DNA from: Candidatus Latescibacterota bacterium
Lineage (GTDB): Bacteria; Latescibacterota; UBA2968; GCA-2709665
NCBI GenBank assembly: GCA_965203805.1
Contig: OZ241917.1
Coordinates: forward strand, 4,896,001 to 4,960,000
DNA length: 64,000 nt
Reading direction: 5' to 3'
In this document: one piece after another, positions 18,405-28,767 of the stretch
Layout: the number at the start of each line of letters is the position of its first letter
Numbering within the stretch: position 1 is the first letter of the stretch
Translations under genes and position numbers: made by a program
The notes under the pieces: model-generated
What the model saw: only the letters and a program-made list of their open reading frames with translations
Told to the model about the DNA's origin: nothing
The model's database searches: none

Positions 18405-19632
18405 TTGGGACCGTCACCGGCAATTGAATCAGATCTTTGAAGATCTTGTGGAGGAAATCGCTCTACCACCGTCGCGGTACCACGAGGCCAGAGAGCGCTA
18501 CAACGCGGTCGGAGCTTGGTTGGATGCACCGGACTCCGAACTTGCGCTGTACAAACCCATCATTTCCCCGCAGGGATCATTCGCGTTAGGCACGGCTGTG
18601 CGCCCTATCGGCAGTGATGAGACCGACGTAGATGCCGTGTGCCTGCTCCAGCTTTCCCCCATTCAGGTCACCCAGAGGCAGTTAAAGGATTTGGTTGGCG
18701 ATCGCCTCAAGCATCCACAAAGCCGTTACAAGAACATGATTGAACCCAAAGGAGGCGGACGCCGCTGTTGGACGATTCGGTACGCGGACCAAGCCAGATT
18801 TCATCTGGATGTGCTCCCGGCTATTCCGGACGACTATCGGTGGCTTGTGAACTTAGGGGTTCCGGAAGTGTGGGCTGAGACAGCCATCCGCATTACCGAT
18901 AGAGAGACGTGGGATATCGACCCGGAGTGGCCGCGAAGCAATCCAAAAGGCTATGCGGCTTGGTTCATTAGCCGCATGCAGACGCGTCTCGATGAGGCCA
19001 AATACGCCCATGCAAGGGAAACACGCAAGGACCTCGACGAGACCATTTACGCACACGAGATGGAAATTCGCGCAGAAGTAGAGAAGATTCAAGATTTCGA
19101 CGTAAGTACACCCCTGCAGCAACTCATACAGATCCTCAAGCGTCACCGTGACCTGCGCTACAACGGTGACGACGATAAACCCATTTCGATCATCATTACC
19201 ACTCTCGCAGCGATGGCGTACGATAACGAAGCCAGCATCGGAGAAGCGATAGCGAATGTCGTACCGAATATGCGAACAGCAATTGAGTACCGTAACGGTG
19301 TCTACTGGGTTTCAAATCCTGTGAATCCTAAGGAGAACTTTGCCGACAAGTGGGACGAATGCCCACGAAAAGCCGAGCTGTTTTTCGAATGGCTAAACGC
19401 CGTAGAGCGGGAATACCAGAATCTCCTTACCGATACAGGATTCGAAAAAGTTGGAGGGTATCTGATCGAAACGTTCGGACGCAGAGAAAGCGAGGAGACA
19501 ATGGCGAAATTTGTAGCCCGGACGTCTCCCGGTGTTGCGCCAGCAGTGGTACTCACTCCGCGCAAGACCCAGCAGACAGCCAAACCAAAGATTGAGGCAC
19601 CATCGAATCCAAGCAAACCTTGGGGACGTTGA
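18397..19632 (+). CDS. cGAS/DncV-like nucleotidyltransferase (CD-NTase)
   Basis: QGSFALGTAVRP, DVD, FHLDVLPA, SNPKGYAAWF, LKRHRD, NPVNPKENFADKW; C-terminus KPWGR. Confidence 0.92.
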   Translation: MNSWDRHRQLNQIFEDLVEEIALPPSRYHEARERYNAVGAWLDAPDSELALYKPIISPQGSFALGTAVRPIGSDETDVDAVCLLQLSPIQVTQRQLKDLVGDRLKHPQSRYKNMIEPKGGGRRCWTIRYADQARFHLDVLPAIPDDYRWLVNLGVPEVWAETAIRITDRETWDIDPEWPRSNPKGYAAWFISRMQTRLDEAKYAHARETRKDLDETIYAHEMEIRAEVEKIQDFDVSTPLQQLIQILKRHRDLRYNGDDDKPISIIITTLAAMAYDNEASIGEAIANVVPNMRTAIEYRNGVYWVSNPVNPKENFADKWDECPRKAELFFEWLNAVEREYQNLLTDTGFEKVGGYLIETFGRRESEETMAKFVARTSPGVAPAVVLTPRKTQQTAKPKIEAPSNPSKPWGR

Positions 19633-19636
19633 TCCA

Positions 19637-20398
19637 ATGGAAGAGGCAACCGCGCTGCTGGTGATGAGCCAGATGACAGAGGTCCAAGCTCAACATCCGA
19701 GTCTGGAACTTATGCTTAAATCAGGTGAAGTGAGGATTCGTGGGGAGATAGGTTTCTGTTTGGACCATAACTCCCGCACGATTGAAGATACCTACCAAGT
19801 CGAGATTCATATACCGGATGACTATCCAGAATCGCCGCCAAACGCGTTTGAAACCGGAAATAAGATCGACGAAAGTTTTGAACACTTCTTGATCGATGGG
19901 AGCCTATGTCTCGGGGCTCCACTTGAGATACGCCGAAAATTCCTGCAACACATGAATCTCCTTCGGTTCATTAACGAACTGCTTGTCCCGTACCTATTTT
20001 CGTATAGTTGCAAGCGAGACTTCGGTGAGACACCGTTCGGCGAACTTGCCCATGGCTGTACGGGAATAAGACAATACTACCAGGATTTGTTTCGGGTTGA
20101 GGATTACGTAGCAGTACTCGGCCTACTGAAAGTGTTGGCGGACGACAACTACCGGGGCCACCTTAAATGTCCCTGCGGAGCACGATCGAATGTGCGCCGA
20201 TGTCATGGGTCACAGTTGCGGGAACTCTCTTCCTTTCAGTCTTGCGATCAGTTTATTTGGGACGCAATTTCTGTTTATGAAACTCTTTCCGAGAACGAGC
20301 GTAAAGTAGCAATTGGCAGAAAACTATTGCCGAAGAGACTATTGAAGAAAAAAAACCGAATGGCGGGATCCAGACAGTATCGAGCAGAGGCGAAATAG
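19637..20398 (+). CDS. CBASS-associated E2 (ubiquitin-conjugating-like) protein with C-terminal SEC-C zinc motif
   Basis: IPDDYPESPP, H-FLIDGSLCLG (E2 catalytic Cys), CPCG...RRCHG. Confidence 0.8.
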   Translation: MEEATALLVMSQMTEVQAQHPSLELMLKSGEVRIRGEIGFCLDHNSRTIEDTYQVEIHIPDDYPESPPNAFETGNKIDESFEHFLIDGSLCLGAPLEIRRKFLQHMNLLRFINELLVPYLFSYSCKRDFGETPFGELAHGCTGIRQYYQDLFRVEDYVAVLGLLKVLADDNYRGHLKCPCGARSNVRRCHGSQLRELSSFQSCDQFIWDAISVYETLSENERKVAIGRKLLPKRLLKKKNRMAGSRQYRAEAK

Positions 20399-20522
20399 CA
20401 ATTCGATCAAACATCACCAGTCCATAAATGGATAGGTTTCTCGAAGACACGATATGGCGTCTTCAAAATGCGCGACTCCTATGACGCTATTTTTCAGATT
20501 TCCCGCCTAGACGACAACTCTG

Positions 20523-23500
20523 TCACTCCACACTTTTTCCTGTCAACATCAATATCCCCGCAATCCTCCGCGCGACCTCTGCAAAGTACTGTACTTCCTC
20601 GGCGTTGAGCGCTCGATCGAGCACCTTGTGTTCACGATATGACAGCCATTTCTTGAGTACCTGATAGCCACCGAGTTTGTAGTTCCAGACCGAGGCGGGT
20701 ATGTTGCGCCAGAATGCTCTGTCGCTCAGATATATGTCAAACGTACTGTCACCCAGTACCGATTTCGGCGCGCCCAGCGCTTGGTTTTCATCCGCCGTGT
20801 ATTCTCGTTTTTCGATTCGTCCTTGCCCCGGCATCACTGCTTCGCCAGCCCCGTAATGGCCCCATCCTGCGGTAAGCGCGAAATCATCACCGGACATATT
20901 GCGGCTATCAATGGTCGAGGGTACAGCGATGTTGGAAATCCCAGATTGCAGAGGAGTCTCGATTAAGCCCTTTACACGCTTGCTTGGATCAAGCAGAGAG
21001 GCAATTTTGCGGCCCTTTTCCGCCGATCTGCGAAGGGCGTCGGCGGCACCTTCGGCCTTTCCATCAGGCCAATCCGGAATCGGTATTCGTGGCCAGCCCA
21101 TGCGTATTGCATCTGCGTTGGTTTCCCGATACGACGGATCATGTAAAACTGCCAATAAATGGTGGAACAGATCCTCTACATACAGACCGAGTCGTTTTAC
21201 GTATTCTTCGGCAGTAGCCGAAAGGTTGGGCCGACGTCGAAGTCGATTGTCGCTTAGCCCGAGACCGTCGTCTCGGAGATAGGCTGGGAACATTGCGGCA
21301 CCTCTTTCTATTAGGTGAAAGGACCCAACGTGTGTTGTGAAGAAGGCTTGTGGTTCCGACGCACCTTTCCGCAGATGTTTAGCCGAAGAAAGCCATAAGT
21401 TACCCTTGAAGACATGTGGTTTGTAATCAGGTGCAGGTGCAGTAAGCAGTCGACGGTCTGGCTCCCAATAAAGCCAGCGGATGTCAAATGGCCTATATGA
21501 GATTCGAATAAACCCGGAATCATTCGGACCGCCGCGTAAGAGAAGTGCATCACGTGTAGCCCGTGAATCGGAAATCTTGAACGCGGATGAATCTCTCATC
21601 GCCGCAGGACACAATCGCCCAATTTCTTCATGTGAAATCGCTGGATTGAAGTAGTCTGAGACTTGCTTCTTTAGGCGATCCTCGTCAATTCCAACGAGGA
21701 GACTATCGCGCCCGGTATGGACACCGGGAAATGAATGAGGCATCAGATCGGGCAACGCCGGCCAATCAAACCAGTCCTTACTCATTGCCATCGGTTTGAA
21801 TGGCAAGCCTAGTCGAAGGTTGGGTTGCAGCCCAATATAGCCATCATCTATTTCCGCCGACTGGACGCTTTCCAACAACGCCTTTCGTCTTTCATCCGCC
21901 TTTGCCTGCGGAAAATCCCGATAAAGAACGCGAGAGACTATTGAATCTTCGAGGCTGTTGCCCGACTTCGAGAGTAACGCGATGCTCGTTCCAACCTTGA
22001 TGCCCGGAGATTGTCCCTGAAGTGCGAACACTGTTTCGCTGGTTCTTCCGTCGGGCGCATATTCGGATATGATACGGTCGCCATGAAGATTGTCTATTCG
22101 AATCGCTCCAAACGTATCCAGAAAGCGCTCTCGCATCCCGGAAAAGGACATACCGTCAAGCCACGAATAGTTGGAGATGAAGCATACAACACCTTGCCCA
22201 GTTTTTTCTGTGATGCGACGTTCCGAAACGCGAAAGAACCGTACGTAGAGATCATTCAAAGCCCTTGAATCAGAGAGACTTACTTGCGTGGGTGTTCTGT
22301 ACGCCTCCAATAGTTCTTTTTCCTCTTCGATCGCAACACCAGCAAAGCCGTTGTATGGCGGATTGCCGAGGATTACCAGGATTGGCTTTTCCTGCTTTAT
22401 TTCACCGGCGAGGTCCCTTTCATTCTTTAGTTGAGGAAAAGCGTCCATTTGCGATCCCTCGCCCGTTCCCTCCCAGTCTGTCAGCGCATTGGTGAGAAAG
22501 ATGCCGGGTCGCTCGTTTCCATTATACGAAAGGGCCGCATCGAGATCTCTCAATGCAAGGTCCACCTGAAGGTGCGCGACGACGAAAGGCGCAGGCATGA
22601 TCTCGAAGCCAAAGACGCGCTTTGTCGCTGCCTGTCGGACCTTTTCTCCGGTGAGTGCACCGAGGCCGTGTCCTTGCAGATTAGTCGCGATGCGCTGCAG
22701 CACTTCAGCAAGAAAGGCCCCGGTGCCGCAGCATGGATCGAGAACGTAGACGTTTTCGGCGGCCAACCCTTCGGCGATGCCTAAATCCTCCTTGAGTGCT
22801 CTATCTACGCGGGCGACCATGTATCGCACGACTTCAGACGGCGTATACCAGACGCCCAATTCCTTGCGAAGTTTTGGGTCGAAGGCTTCCAAGAATGGTT
22901 CGTAGAAATAGGTAACCGAGTCCCCTTCTTGAAAACGTGCAAAGAAGGCGTCGCGATCCACACGGTCAAGCGCTGCCGATGTGCAGTCCAATACGTCTGT
23001 CAAGTTTAGCGGATCCAGGTACTCAGGGTCTGATAGCCGATGAAACAACTCCCGCAGCACCGGTGCTCGTAAATGCCGAACCGCCGTGAGCCACACAAAC
23101 CTGTCTCTTCCATTTGCCGTTCGCGCCCATAATACCCAAGCAGAAAACATGCCATAGAAGAGCGTCTGAACGAGGGCAGAGTGAAAAAACTCGTTTCCTT
23201 TCTTACCCTCAAAATGGACCCCAAGCGACTCCTCCAGCGCTGAGCGGATCGCTACGAGCGACTTCGGATCGTCAGCAGCGTCCACCCGCGCCAGAGCGTC
23301 GCGGGCGTACGAGGCGAGCAACCATGCAAGATCTTTTGGCTCGGTGATCGCCGCCTGGTGAGACAGCGCGCGAATGAGGTATTCGCTTAGACCTGCGCCG
23401 ACCTCGTTTGCAAAGGCGCGCGGCTTTTGCAGCCTGCGGTTAAACTCCTCGTCGGTGCCAGCGAGGCTATAGGATTCGAAGTCGGTCTCATTTCCGGCTC

Positions 23501-23909
23501 CGTCGCGACCGACGAGAGTAAATCCACGAAAGTTGGTCATCAACACCAGGTGGTACCGGGTCCAATATCGTGTCACCTGACCACGAACCTCCGGCGTGTC
23601 CATATTTTCCGCTGTAGACTTTACTTCTACGACGCCGCGTTCCGGTATCTGCCCGGGGCGCGGATTGCGCTTCTGCACCTGATTTGCGGTGTAAAGACCG
23701 AAATCCGGATGTCCCTCTCCCTGGTCTGCCAATTCGCTTACACAGAACACCTTCGGCTTCAGCGTCTCCCCGACTGCGTTCAGCAGATTGGCCAATGGTG
23801 TATAGCTTGAGCGTTCGCCAGTTCCGCCACCTGAGGCGCGGATCAATCGTAGTCCCGTGAAGTATTTCGCAACCGCTGGCGTGAGTTTGGCCGTTGTTTT
23901 GGTCATCAT
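20523..23909 (-). CDS. Type ISP/IIG-like restriction-modification enzyme (N6-adenine MTase plus TRD, no helicase)
   Basis: PDF...VEVK nuclease-like motif, GVWYTP, LDPCCGTG, GNPPY, WNYKLGGYQVLKKWLSYR. Confidence 0.88.
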   Translation of the reverse strand: MMTKTTAKLTPAVAKYFTGLRLIRASGGGTGERSSYTPLANLLNAVGETLKPKVFCVSELADQGEGHPDFGLYTANQVQKRNPRPGQIPERGVVEVKSTAENMDTPEVRGQVTRYWTRYHLVLMTNFRGFTLVGRDGAGNETDFESYSLAGTDEEFNRRLQKPRAFANEVGAGLSEYLIRALSHQAAITEPKDLAWLLASYARDALARVDAADDPKSLVAIRSALEESLGVHFEGKKGNEFFHSALVQTLFYGMFSAWVLWARTANGRDRFVWLTAVRHLRAPVLRELFHRLSDPEYLDPLNLTDVLDCTSAALDRVDRDAFFARFQEGDSVTYFYEPFLEAFDPKLRKELGVWYTPSEVVRYMVARVDRALKEDLGIAEGLAAENVYVLDPCCGTGAFLAEVLQRIATNLQGHGLGALTGEKVRQAATKRVFGFEIMPAPFVVAHLQVDLALRDLDAALSYNGNERPGIFLTNALTDWEGTGEGSQMDAFPQLKNERDLAGEIKQEKPILVILGNPPYNGFAGVAIEEEKELLEAYRTPTQVSLSDSRALNDLYVRFFRVSERRITEKTGQGVVCFISNYSWLDGMSFSGMRERFLDTFGAIRIDNLHGDRIISEYAPDGRTSETVFALQGQSPGIKVGTSIALLSKSGNSLEDSIVSRVLYRDFPQAKADERRKALLESVQSAEIDDGYIGLQPNLRLGLPFKPMAMSKDWFDWPALPDLMPHSFPGVHTGRDSLLVGIDEDRLKKQVSDYFNPAISHEEIGRLCPAAMRDSSAFKISDSRATRDALLLRGGPNDSGFIRISYRPFDIRWLYWEPDRRLLTAPAPDYKPHVFKGNLWLSSAKHLRKGASEPQAFFTTHVGSFHLIERGAAMFPAYLRDDGLGLSDNRLRRRPNLSATAEEYVKRLGLYVEDLFHHLLAVLHDPSYRETNADAIRMGWPRIPIPDWPDGKAEGAADALRRSAEKGRKIASLLDPSKRVKGLIETPLQSGISNIAVPSTIDSRNMSGDDFALTAGWGHYGAGEAVMPGQGRIEKREYTADENQALGAPKSVLGDSTFDIYLSDRAFWRNIPASVWNYKLGGYQVLKKWLSYREHKVLDRALNAEEVQYFAEVARRIAGILMLTGKSVE

Positions 23910-24000
23910 TTCTTGTTCCGTGTTTAATCACTCGGTATAAATTTACCGAACCGAACGAAGATTCTGGATGGCGACAATTTCAGTCATTTCTCTCAACGAG

Positions 24001-27000
24001 CTATGTATATCCCCGTCTTGCCGCAAGCTCTTGTAGTTTAAGCTTTAATTTATCGGGTATGTTCGCTTCACGGAGTATTCCTATGAGTTCCCTTTCTTCA
24101 GTGCTCGCATAGGATTCGGAACTGATGTGTTCTAGAAAAATCAAGAGTTTAGCCACGGACTCTGGATGATTTTCGCACAGGTCGCTTTTTCTTATCCGAT
24201 ATAACACCTCGCCGTCGTGCTTCACATTGTCTGTTGGCATCCCAACTGCCAACGTAACCGCTTCTACAAAGACCGACTCCAGATTGGGTAGCCATCGAAA
24301 CATGGCCTCGACTTCATCGCTATTTAGAGATCTCGGAACACCATTCAACCGGTTTGCCCAATATTTCTTGAGCCAGCGATCCCACCATTCCTGCTGCTGC
24401 AGACCGCTCATATTGCTCAGACGGTCATCTATATGCCATGCGAAGGCGCATCGCGCACTTTCGTCGGCATGAGCAAAAAGCCTTGGTATCCATACTTCTT
24501 GAGGGTCTTCAACAAAGTACGTTAGCAGGGTAACGTAACGGCGCATGAAGGATTTCTGACGCTCACCTAAAGGATCGTTCACGATTCGTGAAACGGCCCC
24601 AAGTAAAGCGTCTTTCATCAGTTCAGCCGAACTTGAGCTAAGATTGCCATACAAGAACCCATCCCAAACTGCCAAATAATCGCCTGATTCAGCGTAATCG
24701 CTGAATAAGGGAAGTAGATTCGACTTTGTCCATTCTTCATCGGAAGTTAGCAGGAAAGAAAAATAACGAGCAAGAACCGAGCGCCCCAATCTTCCAAGGA
24801 CAGTATCGTCTCTAACGATATCGGACAAAGCGGTTCGATATACCTCCTTCAGTACATCTGGCTTGGGATCTTGATGATTTCGCCAGTTCTCTAGGCTATG
24901 CAGCCAGAAATATGCGAGAATCCCGGCGGTATGATTTCTGGCGCGTGTCAGCCAATGCTCAAAATGAAAAACTACAGGTTCAGGTTTGAGATGCCGTCGT
25001 AAGTTCGTCGCTATCTCGTTGGCTTGTGGCAGCAATTTGTGTACAAGCTGGGTATCACGATCTCTAACAAGAGTAAAAAGAAAATCGGCAATTGGACGCG
25101 CGTATTTTTCGTGTAGATCGTTCCTTTCCAATCGCTTAAGTACATTGCAAGTCATAATTTCATCGAGTTCTGTCTCCGACCACAACCGCATTAGAGTGTT
25201 CCATAAATCGGTATCCCAGTTCCGCCTCTTGGCCACCGCATCCGCCAAATCGAGTCCCCACTGGAAATCACGCTTTGCCGCATCCGAGACCGCTATGTCA
25301 AGCCCGAGACGGTCTGGTTCATTAATTCCTGTATCCTGGAATGACAATAGTTCGTCGGCCCATTCTTCAGCGGGTTTCGAAAGGAGTTCGCCTACGGTCC
25401 AGGGACTCTGGTGGCCTCCCGGGACGGAACTCATCCAGTGAGTTAGATCTGGATGTGCTCGCGGTTTAAATTTGGGGTTTCGCATCAATATATCTTCCAG
25501 ATCTGCCTTGGCGATGCGACAATCGGGCGCAGCATTATGTAGCCAATGTAGCCAGGTAAAATGATCGTAGGCAGCGTCGACTTCCTCGGTGTTTTCGTGT
25601 TCCGGAGATTGCTGGCAATTGGCCTGTATGGCTTCAATAACGGACCTTCGGTGATCCTCGTCAGCTTTCGGGTATGTCGACTTCATGAACTGAAACAACT
25701 CATGATGTGCCGAAATGTCGTTCAGGTTCATGCAATTTAACAACCAATCAATCTTCTCGTTCGGATTCAGATCCGGGCGCAGGCATAATGTATGCACTGC
25801 CAGCCGGCGAAGAAGAGGTGACGTTTTATGCACGAGTTGATTGCACCATGATGCCGCAACCTTGGGGTTATTTTTCGCTAGCCATTCCAGGCAGTCTCGA
25901 GCGGCATCGATCAATACGTCAATGGTCTTTGGATACTCGTCCTGCTCGTGCGGTTCGATGGCGCTTCGTGAAAAACTTGCGGGACTCCAATCGCGTGTCG
26001 CCTTCTGCCATGCCTCGAATGTCCGGTATTGTACCTCCAGGTGCTTGAAAACGGATGTAAGTAGCGGCTCGGCTACACGATCGAGATTTGGTTTCAAATT
26101 GTTAATCCATAGTTTCTTGATCGTGGAGGGATCGCTCACAAACCCCAATTCCACATCAATGCGTGGACTCTGTTCCTCCTCATCGGAATCAGGCGAGGAA
26201 AAGCCCCGCTTGACCACAAGTTGGCTTGCGGCCATCGCATCGAAGACGTCGACGGCACGATCGAAAAGTTCACTCTTCACGCAATATTCCCCTAACCACA
26301 GCAAAGGATGTTCCTTTTTCATTCCTGCAGGCGCAGTAACAAGGAGAAGGGAAACCCAGCGGGACAAAGTATGCGCATCAGACGCCGGTTCATTTCGCAA
26401 TGCGACGTTTCGACACAGTGCGTCCCAGAATTTAGGATGCGGCTGCTCATACCTCCTTCCAATCATTAGAAAAAGCTCATCTGGATGTCTGTATGCGAAT
26501 TTCTCCGCGAGCCATTGTACCAATAGTCCATCACGCTCACTTAGCTCGCTGGTTCCAAAGAGGCCGGCAAGATGATTGCGCTTGTCGAGCCAATCGACCC
26601 ATTCAATGGAAACGGCGGCAGCCGTAAAGAAGCGTGTCTTCACTGGATCCCTGAGCGCGTCGTCAATGATGTCTATTTCTTCTTCATCGAGCGGAGGGGG
26701 ATTCGCGGCGATTTCCGTAATCTCTCGCCTCCAGTCAAGGATGCTGCGCCTCGTATTCTTCGCAAGACCGTTAACACCCCTATATAGAGCGCTATGGTCA
26801 TTGTCGGACGATTTCACATAGGTGATTGGCTCAATCCCGAGATACTGCCAATTATTGTCGTCAGTTTCGTGGGTGAGCACGAATCGACTCTCTGTTTGGT
26901 CTGCCGGCAAAGCACGTGACAGATAGTTCATGATCGTATCGCTATGGCTGTAGCCCACGAAGAGAACTGTATAGGATCTAAATACATCCACAAGAAATCG

Positions 27001-27546
27001 CCGTGCCCAACCCTCAGTTAGATACGCACGGCCGAAGTCTGCGTCCGTGAGAACGATGTCTTGTGGCCGACTGAGCGCCCCGTGCACATGGACGATTCCG
27101 GTGAAGTGTCCACCTAGTGGCAGGGCAGGAGATGTAAAGACTTCAGTCTGTGATACTAACGAACAGTCTCCCGCTTGCTCGAATAGCGTATCGAAATTGG
27201 TTGTGACGATGCGAGGCGCCATGGATTCCGGATGCAGCTTCAGCAGATCTCGATGCAGGTCAGTGGGTTTCGGGATTTTTTTACAACAGTTTTTATTCAG
27301 CACTTCTGCTGCAATCTTATGTACGTCGACACCTTGGTGTTTCAACCTGCCGAGAAACCGATCCTCGGGTTCGTTTTTTTTCTTCTCTACCCCAGTGCCT
27401 TTCGCAATCGCCTTCGCCAACTTTGTGAAGCTTGGAAGACTCGCAGGTTTTCCCATTGAAACTCCCGCGCCGGCGAAAACGACAAGCTTGTCGTCACGCA
27501 ATGCGTTTAATATTGGTCGCGGGAAATCTAAGCCGCCTATTTTCAT
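24001..27546 (-). CDS. SIR2-family NADase with long C-terminal region (Dsr1/DUF4020-like defence sirtuin)
   Basis: VFAGAGVS, TTNFD, HVHG, FVGYSHSD; C-terminal WWDRWLKKYWANRLNGVP. Confidence 0.85.
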   Translation of the reverse strand: MKIGGLDFPRPILNALRDDKLVVFAGAGVSMGKPASLPSFTKLAKAIAKGTGVEKKKNEPEDRFLGRLKHQGVDVHKIAAEVLNKNCCKKIPKPTDLHRDLLKLHPESMAPRIVTTNFDTLFEQAGDCSLVSQTEVFTSPALPLGGHFTGIVHVHGALSRPQDIVLTDADFGRAYLTEGWARRFLVDVFRSYTVLFVGYSHSDTIMNYLSRALPADQTESRFVLTHETDDNNWQYLGIEPITYVKSSDNDHSALYRGVNGLAKNTRRSILDWRREITEIAANPPPLDEEEIDIIDDALRDPVKTRFFTAAAVSIEWVDWLDKRNHLAGLFGTSELSERDGLLVQWLAEKFAYRHPDELFLMIGRRYEQPHPKFWDALCRNVALRNEPASDAHTLSRWVSLLLVTAPAGMKKEHPLLWLGEYCVKSELFDRAVDVFDAMAASQLVVKRGFSSPDSDEEEQSPRIDVELGFVSDPSTIKKLWINNLKPNLDRVAEPLLTSVFKHLEVQYRTFEAWQKATRDWSPASFSRSAIEPHEQDEYPKTIDVLIDAARDCLEWLAKNNPKVAASWCNQLVHKTSPLLRRLAVHTLCLRPDLNPNEKIDWLLNCMNLNDISAHHELFQFMKSTYPKADEDHRRSVIEAIQANCQQSPEHENTEEVDAAYDHFTWLHWLHNAAPDCRIAKADLEDILMRNPKFKPRAHPDLTHWMSSVPGGHQSPWTVGELLSKPAEEWADELLSFQDTGINEPDRLGLDIAVSDAAKRDFQWGLDLADAVAKRRNWDTDLWNTLMRLWSETELDEIMTCNVLKRLERNDLHEKYARPIADFLFTLVRDRDTQLVHKLLPQANEIATNLRRHLKPEPVVFHFEHWLTRARNHTAGILAYFWLHSLENWRNHQDPKPDVLKEVYRTALSDIVRDDTVLGRLGRSVLARYFSFLLTSDEEWTKSNLLPLFSDYAESGDYLAVWDGFLYGNLSSSSAELMKDALLGAVSRIVNDPLGERQKSFMRRYVTLLTYFVEDPQEVWIPRLFAHADESARCAFAWHIDDRLSNMSGLQQQEWWDRWLKKYWANRLNGVPRSLNSDEVEAMFRWLPNLESVFVEAVTLAVGMPTDNVKHDGEVLYRIRKSDLCENHPESVAKLLIFLEHISSESYASTEERELIGILREANIPDKLKLKLQELAARRGYT

Positions 27547-27657
27547 TGCATATCTATCCAGATTGTTAGATTAAGTATAAGTTACGATTGCGGTACGGCG
27601 CTCAATTCGGCCCTTCGCCGACGGCGTTCTTTTTCCCAGATTCCCCCAAGGCGTAGT

Positions 27658-27744
27658 CCGCCGCACCATCGCGCGGATTCGTCGAAGTTCTGTTAAATAT
27701 CGCTCAACCGCTGTCGTGAGTTTGGTCGTTGTTCTGGTCATGAT
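27658..27744 (-). pseudogene. Remnant 5' end of a second Type ISP/IIG-like MTase gene
   Basis: Encodes MTRTTTKLTTAVERYLTELRRIRA versus MTKTTAKLTPAVAKYFTGLRLIRA at 23824-23909; similarity is then lost. Confidence 0.75.
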
Positions 27745-27875
27745 ACGCGTCTTTCAAGGCTCCGGGTGTCTACGGCACTTGAATTTTGCAGTTTGTTCCC
27801 ATATTTTTGGATGTCGCCGGTGTGATAACTGTCATTAGCCCGAGAAAACTTCCTTTCCGTACGCAGGTCGTCGAA

Positions 27876-28304
27876 ATGCAAAAGAATCCCTTCCAATCCC
27901 TGGAACAGCGTATTGCGAGCCTGCTCGAACCCCGTCCGGAGGTTCTGGAGGCTTATCTGTTTGGCTCCCACGCTGGTGGTGTGGCACAGCCCCACAGCGA
28001 TGTCGATGTCGCTGTATATGTCGAAGAAGCCAAAGTCAAAGAAAGCACTTTCGGGTATCGGGCGCAACTGACGACGGAAATAATAGCCGGCCTCCACAAC
28101 AACGACGTCGATCTACTGATTCTAAACCAGGCTCCCCCGGTTCTTTACTACCATGTGCTGCGAGACGGTATCCGGCTCCTGTCCCGTGATCTGGCGGCGA
28201 CAACGACGCGGGAAGGCTACGCGGTTTCCCGATATTGCGACTTCGTTCCCCAGCTTGCAAAAATGGATGCGGTTTGGCGTTTGCGCGCCGGTGGTGAACG
28301 GTGA
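27876..28304 (+). CDS. mntA: MntA-family minimal nucleotidyltransferase antitoxin
   Basis: YLFGSHA...SDVDVAV, VDLLILNQAPP. Confidence 0.88.
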   Translation: MQKNPFQSLEQRIASLLEPRPEVLEAYLFGSHAGGVAQPHSDVDVAVYVEEAKVKESTFGYRAQLTTEIIAGLHNNDVDLLILNQAPPVLYYHVLRDGIRLLSRDLAATTTREGYAVSRYCDFVPQLAKMDAVWRLRAGGER

Positions 28305-28738
28305 CTCCCGGACGCCCGAATGCCCTCGTCGTGCGGCGGCATCTGACCGCGTTGAGGTCCGCCGTTGGCAACCTGCGTCGGCATTCGGATTTAACTGGCG
28401 CTCAGCTCCGCGACAATTCCGACCTTCGCTGGTTGGTCGAACGCGGCCTTCATCTCTGTGCCCAGAACGCGCTCGACATAGCAACCCATCTGGCATTGTC
28501 CGCCGGCCTTGATGCGCCGGATTACGCAACCGCCATAGACCGACTTGCAGAGATAGAGGTGTTACCCGAAGATTTCGCGGCGCACTTCCGAGCAGTAGCG
28601 GGTTTCCGCAACGTACTCGTCCACGGCTACCTTGACGTCGACCTCGATCTGATCGGGCAACTCCTGGCCCGACAACTGGATGACTTCGAGACGTTTGCTC
28701 GCCACGTCGAACGATCGCTTGCCAGCCCTGGCGAGTGA
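28301..28738 (+). CDS. hepT: HepT/DUF86 HEPN RNase toxin
   Basis: GFRNVLVHGY (Rx4HxY); 4-bp overlap with mntA. Confidence 0.9.
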   Translation: MTPGRPNALVVRRHLTALRSAVGNLRRHSDLTGAQLRDNSDLRWLVERGLHLCAQNALDIATHLALSAGLDAPDYATAIDRLAEIEVLPEDFAAHFRAVAGFRNVLVHGYLDVDLDLIGQLLARQLDDFETFARHVERSLASPGE

Positions 28739-28767
28739 GGAACTGTGCATTGACAGGAGCCCACCCC

